Source of the DNA: Methanofastidiosum sp.
GTDB lineage: Archaea > Methanobacteriota_B > Thermococci > Methanofastidiosales > Methanofastidiosaceae
Assembly: GCA_013178285.1 (NCBI GenBank)
Contig: JABLXD010000012.1
Location: forward strand, 5,174-69,173
DNA length: 64,000 bases
Direction of reading: 5' to 3'
Shown: piece by piece, positions 56,070 to 64,000 of the stretch
Layout of the letters: each line of letters opens with the position of its first letter
Numbering within the stretch: the first letter of the stretch is position 1
The notes under the pieces: model-generated
Database searches by the model: none
What the model was told of the DNA's origin: nothing
What the model saw: the letters and a program-made list of their open reading frames with translations, nothing else
Made by a program: the position numbers and the translations under genes

Positions 56070-57029
56070 TTATATTGTTAGAACTATCAAAGCGATTACT
56101 AACAAAAAGAGTATAACGAAAACTCTTGTTATAATTTTTTTAGAAAGTGATTTTTTATAGTATTCTCTTGGGCCTACATCCAATAGTATTGCGCCAAATA
56201 AGCTTCCCACCATTAATCCAAAGATATTTTGAAATACGATGGTAAGAGGTCCAATAAATTTAACTGGGGAAATAATTAAGAAAATTCCGCTAACTGCTGC
56301 CGGCGGTACAAGCGCAGCTGCAATTGCCACGCCCGCGATGCTCTCAGATATTCCTTTTGTAAGTGCTAACATAGATGCAAATCCTAGTGCAAATGAAATA
56401 AATACGTAAATATAATTAGGTTCAATTCGCGTTAGAATTTCTTCGGTCAAAATAGGATCATTAATAATAAATAAAATTAATGTAAAAGCAGAAGAAAAAA
56501 TTATAACTGCACCTAACATCGCCAATAGATTTACAAAACTTTTAATTACATCTTTTGTTTTTCCTACTGCCGAATTAATAGCAAATGCATAAATTGGGCC
56601 AAGTAGAGGAGAGAGTAACATTGCACCTATGATTATAGCCACGTTATTCATGAAAAGTCCAGCTAATGCAATTAATCCTGCAATAGAAACCATAGCCAAT
56701 TTATTTATGTCAAATCTTAGATAAGGTGTAGTGTTAGATATCAATTTTTCAATAACTTCCTTTTCCGTGTGTGACTTCTTTTCTTCTAGTTTATTCAAAG
56801 TTGGTGAAACAACAAAATCAGGAGAGTATACTTCTATTAAATTTTTTTTATGCCTAAAATTAATATTTTTATTTAAATTGTCCATAATTTCATCAAGTTC
56901 AAAATTTGGTAGAATGAGAGTTACTATATATAATTCATCGCCTTCTCTTATGTAATGGTGTTTTTTGGATATAATTGGTAAGATTTTTTCTAATTCTTCT
57001 TTTCTAATTCTTATAATGACTTTCTTCAT
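56070..57029 (-). CDS. DUF389-type integral membrane protein
   Basis: 319 aa. A soluble N-terminal about 100 aa followed by a Gly/Ala-rich polytopic domain (GLIALAGLFMNNVAIIIGAMLLSPLLGPI) typical of DUF389. Confidence 0.55.
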   Translation of the reverse strand: MKKVIIRIRKEELEKILPIISKKHHYIREGDELYIVTLILPNFELDEIMDNLNKNINFRHKKNLIEVYSPDFVVSPTLNKLEEKKSHTEKEVIEKLISNTTPYLRFDINKLAMVSIAGLIALAGLFMNNVAIIIGAMLLSPLLGPIYAFAINSAVGKTKDVIKSFVNLLAMLGAVIIFSSAFTLILFIINDPILTEEILTRIEPNYIYVFISFALGFASMLALTKGISESIAGVAIAAALVPPAAVSGIFLIISPVKFIGPLTIVFQNIFGLMVGSLFGAILLDVGPREYYKKSLSKKIITRVFVILFLLVIALIVLTI

Positions 57030-57154
57030 CTATGATTAGGCACTTGGGAAAATATATAAAACTAATCTATATGCTCATATGCTTAAAATAAGTTTTTTTA
57101 TTAATAAAAAACTTTTAATACATAGAAAAACACAATACATTATTCACCAGTATA

Positions 57155-58726
57155 TTGAAAAACATATGGAGATTTTATATGGCCAAAAATCCATCTTCTA
57201 AACTTGTAATTAGAAATGCATCAATGAAAGATGTTAAGGAAATTCATAAACTATCAATTAAAACATACAAAGAGATGCCCCCGTACTCTCTTGATATTAT
57301 AAGGGCACAGATTAATAATTTTCCGGAAGGGCATTTCGTTGCGGTTTATGAGGGAAAAATTGTGGGTTATTGTTCTACTATAAGAGTTCCTGAGAAGTTA
57401 GCTCTGGGCCACCACAGTTGGAAAGAAGTGACTGGTGGGGGATATGGATCTACTCATGACCCCAAGGGAACATATCTATATGGCATCGATATTTTTGTGG
57501 ACAGCGATTATCGGGGACTTAAAATTGGAGAGCGGTTTTATAGAGAACGAAAAAAATTATGCAAATATTATAGGCTAAAAGGGATTGTTTTCGCTGGCCG
57601 AATGCCTTTGCTTTCTAAACGTATTAAAAAAGTTGGAACTGTTGAAAATTACATTGAACAAGTTAAAAATAAAAAAATTAGGGATCCGGTTATTTCTTTT
57701 CAAATCAGGAATGGATTTGAAATTATAGGAATACTTAAAGGATATTTACCTATCGATAGAGAATCATTGGGATATGCCGCACATATGTTATGGAAAAATC
57801 CAGAATATGCAGATTCCCCCGTATCATCGGCGCTTTCGCCTTCCAGAATACCTCAAAGTGTAAGAGTTGCAACAGTACAGTATCTTCAAAGAAGAATAAA
57901 TTCATTAGATGAGTTTAATCAAATATTTAGATATTTTGTTGACGTAGCATCCGACTATCATTGCGACTTTGTACTCTTCCCCGAATTATTCACGATGCAA
58001 CTTTTATCAATTGAAAATGAACCGTTGTCCCCTCACGAATCAATTGAACGTTTAACTAATTATACAGATACGTTGAAGACCTTTTTTAGTGAAATGGCAA
58101 TTAAATATAATGTGAATATCATAGCGGGTTCACATCCTGTAAAGATTGAAGAGGAAGTTAAGAATATTTCATTTATTTGCCTAAGAGATGGTTCAATCTA
58201 CGAACAAATGAAAATACATGCGACTCCCAACGAAAAATATTGGTGGAACATAAGTGGTGGTGAAAAATTAAGTGTAATTGAAACTGATTGTGGGAATATA
58301 GGGGTATTAATCTGCTATGATATTCAATTTCCTGAGTTGGCAAGACATTTGGTAGATCAAGGTGCCAATATACTTTTCGTCCCATATATGACTGAAGAAA
58401 GACAAGGTTATAATAGGATAAGGTACTGTGCTCAAGCAAGAGCAATCGAAAATCAATGCTATGTCATTATGTCAGGGAATGTTGGGAATTTGCCTAGAGT
58501 CCACAACATGGATATAAACTATGCACAAAGCTGTATTATAACGCCGTGTGATTTTCCATTTGCAAGGGATGGAATAGCTTCTGATACAACTCCAAATGTA
58601 GAAACAATAGCAATATCTGATATAAGCCTTCAAAATCTCTTTGAATCTAGAAACGCTGGAACTGTACAAAATCTAAAGGATAGGAGACACGACTTATACA
58701 GCGTTACATGGAATAAAAAAGATTAG
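57155..58726 (+). CDS. Fusion protein: N-terminal GNAT acetyltransferase plus C-terminal carbon-nitrogen hydrolase (nitrilase superfamily)
   Basis: GNAT core (HFVAVYEGKIVGYCS...IFVDSDYRGLKIGERFY). CN-hydrolase about 300–523 with the catalytic Cys in GVLICYDIQFPE, upstream Glu (LFPEL) and Lys. 523 aa. Confidence 0.75.
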   Translation: MKNIWRFYMAKNPSSKLVIRNASMKDVKEIHKLSIKTYKEMPPYSLDIIRAQINNFPEGHFVAVYEGKIVGYCSTIRVPEKLALGHHSWKEVTGGGYGSTHDPKGTYLYGIDIFVDSDYRGLKIGERFYRERKKLCKYYRLKGIVFAGRMPLLSKRIKKVGTVENYIEQVKNKKIRDPVISFQIRNGFEIIGILKGYLPIDRESLGYAAHMLWKNPEYADSPVSSALSPSRIPQSVRVATVQYLQRRINSLDEFNQIFRYFVDVASDYHCDFVLFPELFTMQLLSIENEPLSPHESIERLTNYTDTLKTFFSEMAIKYNVNIIAGSHPVKIEEEVKNISFICLRDGSIYEQMKIHATPNEKYWWNISGGEKLSVIETDCGNIGVLICYDIQFPELARHLVDQGANILFVPYMTEERQGYNRIRYCAQARAIENQCYVIMSGNVGNLPRVHNMDINYAQSCIITPCDFPFARDGIASDTTPNVETIAISDISLQNLFESRNAGTVQNLKDRRHDLYSVTWNKKD

Positions 58727-58775
58727 TTATAAAAATACTAATATATTTTTAAATCAATGAGATGCTTAATTAATA

Positions 58776-59693
58776 ATGAAACTTATTCGAGTTAAATATC
58801 ATCTAAATTCGATAGTTGTGTTGGCATTGTTTTTAGTATCTTGGGTATTTTTCATATACATCAAGGTAAATATTCCCTTAACTTATCATGAGAGTACTTC
58901 CCAAGGTTACATCCTAACGGTGACTACTCTTTTATTCTCATTCCTTGTAGGGCACTATTTTAATTCAAGGTATGAAAGATATATTTCTATAAGAGAACAC
59001 CATCTTTCAAGGCATTCAAGGTGTATTTCTCTTATAGATATTGCCCAATCATTTTCAGAAAATAAGAGTCTCTTAAAAAAATTATATGAAAAACTTAACG
59101 ACATTGCAGTCATAGATGAGCTGTGCAGCTGGTCTGAAGGTTACATAGAAGAGCCATACTATAGAAATCTATATTGCCTTTTAGATGAAATTAAAATAAT
59201 CGATCAAAAAGATTTAACAAACTATAGAATATTCTATGATAAGATAAATGAAATTAATGAATTAACAAGAAAGCTTAATTCACTTGGTAGGGACAAATTT
59301 GGATTCTTACGATGGTTACTCCTAGGGTCTCTAGCTGCCGTCATTATTGTTCTAACATTGTTTGTTCCAATATCAAATTTTATTAACATAGTATTGCTTA
59401 TGTTATTTCCCCCAATAATATTCCTCGTAATATACACAATTAATAGTTACCAGAATATGACATTCCATAAAGAAAGTACCTCTATGGAAATAAATGAAAA
59501 GATATTTGATGAAATTGGTAAAAGAAGATTCTATAAAAAAGAGAGATTAAAATTTGTTAGAGTTGATATAAGGAAAAATAAAAATTTATATATAACTGAG
59601 GATGAGCTAGAAGGAAGAGAAAAAGATATCTATTTAGACTACCTTGATAAAGAATTTTACGTTAATAGATCAAATAAAAAACAATGCAATTAA
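58776..59693 (+). CDS. Hypothetical membrane protein (305 aa)
   Basis: ORF with 4 TM-like segments. No motif recognised. Confidence 0.4.
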   Translation: MKLIRVKYHLNSIVVLALFLVSWVFFIYIKVNIPLTYHESTSQGYILTVTTLLFSFLVGHYFNSRYERYISIREHHLSRHSRCISLIDIAQSFSENKSLLKKLYEKLNDIAVIDELCSWSEGYIEEPYYRNLYCLLDEIKIIDQKDLTNYRIFYDKINEINELTRKLNSLGRDKFGFLRWLLLGSLAAVIIVLTLFVPISNFINIVLLMLFPPIIFLVIYTINSYQNMTFHKESTSMEINEKIFDEIGKRRFYKKERLKFVRVDIRKNKNLYITEDELEGREKDIYLDYLDKEFYVNRSNKKQCN

Positions 59694-60013
59694 CAAACCC
59701 TGCTTTATAATAAGCATTGGACAAATTTCCAGTAGAAATAAAGGGGTAATAGACACTAAGATACTACAATTATAAGGATACAATACATATGAATAAAAGT
59801 ATAATTTAAATAAATAAGGATATCATAATAAATAAATAAGATAAAATTTACATATAATTATTAATAATAAATAAATTTAGGCCTAAATTCATTATTGTGA
59901 CTGTAATATTGAGAATAGGTAAGAATTAATAGAATCAAAATACATATAAAAACAAAAATTTTAGACTTGATGGTGATATTATTTGCAGTGTTGGCGGAAG
60001 TTTTGATGTAGAT

Positions 60014-60130
60014 ATGGCTGAAGGCCCAGAAGGATATGTTTGTACAGAGTGCGGCGCACAATTTAAAGGAATCGGGAAAGATCTAAAATGCCCAAAATGC
60101 TCTTCGGATAAGGTTATTAAAATTGGATAG
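60014..60130 (+). CDS. Zinc-ribbon mini-protein (38 aa; RpoP/Rpb12-like pattern) - not in ORF track
   Basis: Hand translation MAEGPEGYVCTECGAQFKGIGKDLKCPKCSSDKVIKIG: CxxC-x13-CxxC. Its stop overlaps the TTG start of the next ORF. Confidence 0.3.
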   Translation: MAEGPEGYVCTECGAQFKGIGKDLKCPKCSSDKVIKIG

Positions 60131-60605
60131 CTTATTTGTTCCTTTAGGCAGTGAAGAGATATTATTTATATCTCGTAATGATTTTTTTTTAGGATTAGTA
60201 AAAACTTTAGGAAAATCTTTTTTTCTAGAAACTGACGAAGAAGAAATAGTTCTTGGAACAGGAAATGAAGATATATTAGCCGTTTCATCATTAGTAAATG
60301 ACATAAAAATGAAGAGCATAATGATTTCAGCACTATACTCAATAAGAGAACTTTCATTTCCGCTTGTAATATTAAATAAGGGGCACCCTGCATCAAAGAG
60401 ACTAAAATTATTATACGGATGCGGAGATAAGATACTTCTTGATTCCTGTATTGAAGCAGGAACACATCCAGACCAACACCTACTTTGCTCTAGAGAAGAT
60501 TTATCGGGTCTTTGTATATTAGCAAAAAAAGATGGCGTAGAAATAATAGACGAGCTTAAGAGAAAAATTATAACGGAAAAGATGGCTTTTGAGTTAAAAT
60601 TATAA
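60123..60605 (+). CDS. Hypothetical protein (160 aa) upstream of the MoaD-like/tgtA pair
   Basis: ORF only (TTG start in the track; the true start may be an internal Met). No family recognised. Confidence 0.4.
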   Translation: MDSLFVPLGSEEILFISRNDFFLGLVKTLGKSFFLETDEEEIVLGTGNEDILAVSSLVNDIKMKSIMISALYSIRELSFPLVILNKGHPASKRLKLLYGCGDKILLDSCIEAGTHPDQHLLCSREDLSGLCILAKKDGVEIIDELKRKIITEKMAFELKL

Positions 60606-60627
60606 AATCACATGTTTTATTTGGTAC

Positions 60628-60882
60628 ATGAAGATTCTTTATTTTGGAGATTTAAAGGATATTACCTTGAAAAGAGAAGAAAATATCGAAATTGAATCAA
60701 TTAAAATAAAAGACCTAAAGAATCTTCTATCAGAAAAATATCCACTTTTAGAGGAATCATTTTTAAAGGATGAGATAAGGATTATAGTAAATGGGAAAGA
60801 CTATTCTTTTACAGGTGGAGATGAAACTTTAATTTCAAAGGGATGTGAGATAGCTCTTTTTTCTCCTGTAGGTGGTGGATAA
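60628..60882 (+). CDS. MoaD/ThiS-type ubiquitin-like small protein (SAMP-like) with C-terminal Gly-Gly
   Basis: 84 aa, beta-grasp pattern (MKILYFGDLKDI...IIVNGKDYSF...EIALFSPVGGG) ending in GG. TAA-ATG junction directly into tgtA. Confidence 0.6.
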   Translation: MKILYFGDLKDITLKREENIEIESIKIKDLKNLLSEKYPLLEESFLKDEIRIIVNGKDYSFTGGDETLISKGCEIALFSPVGGG

Positions 60883-62637
60883 ATGTTTGAAATAAAAGCA
60901 AAAGACGGATTAGGAAGGATAGGAAAACTACCAATAGGCAAAAAAAAGGTTGAAACTCCAACATTAATGCCTGTTATTAATCCCAACAAGATTGTAATTG
61001 CCCCAAAAGATATGCCAGATTATGGGGCAGAGATGATAATCACAAATTCTTATATTATTTACAGAACTCAAAAACTAAAAGAAACTGCTCTTGAAAAAGG
61101 CGTCCATAAAATGCTTGATTTTAATGGAATTATTGAAACTGATTCTGGATCTTTTCAGATGTCAGCCTATGGGGATATAGAAATAGAAAATAAAGAGATA
61201 CTTCAATTCCAAAAAGACATTGGAGTTGACATTGGAACATTTCTTGATATACCAACACACCCTGATGAATCGCGCAAGAAAACTCTTTCAGATCTAGAAA
61301 TAACTTTAGAAAGAGCAGAAGAAGCGATTGAATTTGATCTAAATCTAAATGGCACAATTCAGGGAGGAACTCATCTAGATCTAAGAAAAAAATCAGCAGA
61401 AGCTATGAGCAATCTACCATTTACAGTAAATCCCATTGGAGGAGTTGTGCCATTAATGATGGAGTACAGATTCAGTGAATTGGTAGATATAATCCTTACA
61501 GTCAAAGGAAATCTTCTGCCTTCAAGACCTGTACATCTATTCGGTGCTGGCCATCCAATGTTACTATCTCTTTCAGTTTTATTGGGTTGTGATCTTTTTG
61601 ATTCTGCTGCATACGTTCTCTATGCACAAGACTCAAGATATCTAACATCCTACGGTACAAAAAAACTAAATGAAATGAAATATTTGCCATGTAACTGTCC
61701 AGTCTGCAGAAAATATACTGCACAGGAACTAATTAATGAAAATGAAGTGAAGAGATTAGAGCTACTGTCAAGTCATAACTTATATGCAACATTTGAAGAA
61801 ATAAAAATAATCAAGGAAGCCATTCATGAGGGGACATTGTTTGAACTAGTTGAAAGCCGAATCAGGGGGCATCCAAGATTATTACTCGCATATAGACGAA
61901 TCAAAGACTATTACGATGTCCTAGAAGAATATGATCCTTTCACGAAAAGATCTTCAATTTTTTATACCGGAGAAGAATCAAACTTAAGGCCAGTAGTAAA
62001 GAGGACTAAAGAAAGAATAAAAGACATAAAATCTAAAAAATATGATGAGCATCTCTTTTTTGGAAAATTTCCGAAGGAGCTTGAGTTTACATATCCTTTT
62101 GGTCAATGTGAGATGGAAGAAGAGAGAAAAGATAAAGGAGATCCAGAACTTAAAGATGAAGATATAGTAAAAAAAATTGCTGACTATCAGTTTGGCCCTA
62201 ATGTTGGAGAAAAATTGTTTCATGATGTTGTTGTCAAAAGATCAAAAACAGGCATGATACGTTATGTTTTTGATAAAAATGGAACTATGCTTGCAACTTT
62301 AAGGGCAAGAGATGGATTATTCACACCAAATATCGAAGGATTAAGAAGATTAAAAGATATAATTCCTAAACCTCGATATCGGGTCGTTGTTGATGATGAG
62401 GCTGCACCTTTCATAAAAGACGGTGCTAACGTATTCTCTAAATTTGTTTTAAAAATTGATACTAATCTTAGGGCTTATGAAGAAGTAATAATTGTGGATT
62501 CAAAAGACAATCTTTTGGGAACTGGAACTTTAATGCTTTCACCAAGAGAAGTAAAAGCCTTTGAAAGGGGAATGGCTGTTAGGACAAGATGGGGGATAGA
62601 AAAAAATACTATCCAAGAAGACCAGATAGAAGATTAG
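60883..62637 (+). CDS. tgtA: Archaeosine tRNA-guanine transglycosylase (ArcTGT) with C-terminal PUA domain
   Basis: 584 aa. TIM-barrel TGT core with the zinc site CNCPVC...H and the conserved D...GGV pattern. C-terminal extensions including a PUA-like region (GTGTLMLSPREVKAFERGMAVRTR). Confidence 0.9.
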   Translation: MFEIKAKDGLGRIGKLPIGKKKVETPTLMPVINPNKIVIAPKDMPDYGAEMIITNSYIIYRTQKLKETALEKGVHKMLDFNGIIETDSGSFQMSAYGDIEIENKEILQFQKDIGVDIGTFLDIPTHPDESRKKTLSDLEITLERAEEAIEFDLNLNGTIQGGTHLDLRKKSAEAMSNLPFTVNPIGGVVPLMMEYRFSELVDIILTVKGNLLPSRPVHLFGAGHPMLLSLSVLLGCDLFDSAAYVLYAQDSRYLTSYGTKKLNEMKYLPCNCPVCRKYTAQELINENEVKRLELLSSHNLYATFEEIKIIKEAIHEGTLFELVESRIRGHPRLLLAYRRIKDYYDVLEEYDPFTKRSSIFYTGEESNLRPVVKRTKERIKDIKSKKYDEHLFFGKFPKELEFTYPFGQCEMEEERKDKGDPELKDEDIVKKIADYQFGPNVGEKLFHDVVVKRSKTGMIRYVFDKNGTMLATLRARDGLFTPNIEGLRRLKDIIPKPRYRVVVDDEAAPFIKDGANVFSKFVLKIDTNLRAYEEVIIVDSKDNLLGTGTLMLSPREVKAFERGMAVRTRWGIEKNTIQEDQIED

Positions 62638-63478
62638 ATCCAATAATGAACCTAAATGTTAGATAACCTATAGCTGTAAGTACAATGCTGTGCTTAACTC
62701 CAGAGAATAAAGAGTTTGTTGTCATTTTTCCGATCATTAAACCTGCTAATGCCCCGTGTATAATAAGCATATTTTGGAATGTAACTTTAAATGCCTCTTT
62801 ACTAATTGTTTCTTTAGCTGTTGGGAGTGTAATCTCAGAGAATACATCAACGAACTGAGTTTGAAGCAAGAATACTACAGATAAAAAAACTAGATAAGAA
62901 ATGTAAATAATGCCGGTATACTGCCCAAGTTTAGAAGCCTGCTCCTTTGCAAGACCCCTCATCATTCTAGCACTTTCTGCTGCAGATTCCAATATCTTTA
63001 TGATATTTCCTCCAGCATGATGGGCTATAACTATAAGCGATACTGTCCCTTGAACATTTTCACTTTTTACCTTGTCTGCAAACGAAGTTAATACTTCATC
63101 GAATGGCACTCCCCAAGATATTTTTGACGCCATAATCTTTATTTCATCACTGAGTCTTCCATAGTCATCGTCCTGGGCCATTTTTATAGCTTGAGGTAAA
63201 GTCATCCCTGCAGCTTGTGAATCTGCTAAAGCTCTCAAAAACTCAGGGAACTGGTCTTCAATTTCTGTAATCCATGCTTGTTCTCTCATTTTTATGATAA
63301 GGTAGGGGGCCACCGCTATAGCAATTCCTGCTATAGCTAGCTCACTCAAATTTAAGATGAAAAATCCAATTAGCCCCAAGATTATTCCTGAGGCAATACT
63401 GCCAATTATTATGTACATGTTATAATTTCTTTTTCTCAAATTTTCACCTACATTATCTCTTTGGCGCCACCTGATCAA
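62609..63478 (-). CDS. Type II secretion system F (TadC/FlaJ-like) domain membrane protein
   Basis: T2SSF-domain pattern: a TM pair, then the cytoplasmic helical domain (FPEFLRALADSQAAGMTLPQAIKMA...ISWGVPFDEVL), then a TM pair. The true start is probably the internal MYIIIGS (63418). Confidence 0.7.
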   Translation of the reverse strand: MIRWRQRDNVGENLRKRNYNMYIIIGSIASGIILGLIGFFILNLSELAIAGIAIAVAPYLIIKMREQAWITEIEDQFPEFLRALADSQAAGMTLPQAIKMAQDDDYGRLSDEIKIMASKISWGVPFDEVLTSFADKVKSENVQGTVSLIVIAHHAGGNIIKILESAAESARMMRGLAKEQASKLGQYTGIIYISYLVFLSVVFLLQTQFVDVFSEITLPTAKETISKEAFKVTFQNMLIIHGALAGLMIGKMTTNSLFSGVKHSIVLTAIGYLTFRFIIGSNLLSGLLG

Positions 63479-64000
63479 CAGCTATTATGAATAAAGCATA
63501 TCCAATCGGCAGCCCAAAATAAACAACTAAATTATTAATTAAATTAACCTGGGACATTGGGGTCCCCATTATACCCATGATTGTGGTCATGATAATTACA
63601 AAAACTGGACCTACAACTAAAGCTGTAACATAAGCTTCTGCAATTAATCCAATAGTTTCTATTGCAGCTTCAGTCTTCATCCTCTCAATTTCCATCAATC
63701 TGTTCCCTTCAAGATACAAATATTCCTTTAGATTTCCACCTGTTCTAATTGTTGCAATCATCTTCCACAAAAGTTCACTAAAGAGGGGCGAGGGAGATCT
63801 ATTGGCTGCCCTCTGGAGCGCTTGGACCAAATCAAGTCCAAAATTTTCAATATCGTTCAAAATCTTTTCAGACTCTCTTGATACTTCACCATATCGTCTA
63901 AACTCTACAAGTGACCAAAAAATAACAGCAGGTGGAACGCCTGTTCCTGCTATTGTTGCCATTGTATTAACAGCATTAGTAAGTGCAAGATTTATTTTTC
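63453..64000 (-). CDS. Second T2SS-F domain membrane protein, partial (N-terminus beyond window end)
   Basis: LNDIENFGLDLVQALQRAANRSPSPLFSELLWKMIATIRTGGNLKEYL fits the T2SSF cytoplasmic domain, followed by TM helices. The reading frame continues to the window edge. Overlaps the downstream ORF by 26 nt in another frame. Confidence 0.65.
   Translation of the reverse strand, partial: KINLALTNAVNTMATIAGTGVPPAVIFWSLVEFRRYGEVSRESEKILNDIENFGLDLVQALQRAANRSPSPLFSELLWKMIATIRTGGNLKEYLYLEGNRLMEIERMKTEAAIETIGLIAEAYVTALVVGPVFVIIMTTIMGIMGTPMSQVNLINNLVVYFGLPIGYALFIIAVDQVAPKR

Noticed and set aside
60123-60605. JAMM/MPN metalloprotease assignment for the 160-aa ORF next to the MoaD-like gene
   Set aside because: HPDQHLLCSRED superficially fits HPx6SxxD, but the first His of the HxH pair is absent (…AGTHP…), so the Zn site is incomplete.
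1-64000. Search for CRISPR arrays, tRNA and rRNA genes
   Set aside because: No regularly spaced repeats of 24–40 bp were seen. No T-loop (GGTTCRANTCC) bearing cloverleaf candidates. No rRNA-like GC-rich stretches other than the roughly 305-nt RNA at 21942.

Overview
This window is an AT-rich (roughly 30% GC) archaeal chromosomal segment, most likely from a euryarchaeal methanogen. Coding density is high except between about 4.7 and 9.0 kb. All calls are based on motifs read by eye; no database search was possible.

The recognisable core includes:
- The conserved ftsZ–secE–spt5–L11–L1–L10–L12 cluster with rlmE.
- pheS/pheT, PCNA, FEN-1 coupled to an unannotated rpoK, archaeosine tRNA-guanine transglycosylase, and argF.
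- porGDAB, hypC–hypD, peroxiredoxin, and the ether-lipid genes GGGP synthase and glycerol-1-phosphate dehydrogenase.
- Two methanogen-associated genes: atwA (methyl-CoM reductase component A2) and a stand-alone mcrC-like gene.

No rRNA, tRNA or CRISPR array was found. A roughly 305-nt GC-rich structured RNA at 21942–22246 is most consistent with RNase P RNA.

The less ordinary parts are:
- A 956–4750 cluster: a prenyltransferase-repeat protein, a Cys-rich lipoprotein, and a radical-SAM/SPASM enzyme with an N-terminal 4-Cys module. It may be a tetraether-lipid-synthase-like or protein-maturase system.
- A gene-poor 4.7–7.3 kb region with a recurring 14-bp palindrome (ATAATTGCAATTAT) at fixed 52-bp spacing in front of two paralogous mini-membrane-protein genes.
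- A MinD ATPase, a tiny coiled-coil membrane protein, and a 1647-aa DUF11-type surface protein with a ~500-aa cytoplasmic tail.
- A minimal (165-aa) archaeosortase-like protein.
- A GNAT–nitrilase fusion.
- A Zn-ribbon / unknown / MoaD-like (GG) / arcTGT translationally coupled string.
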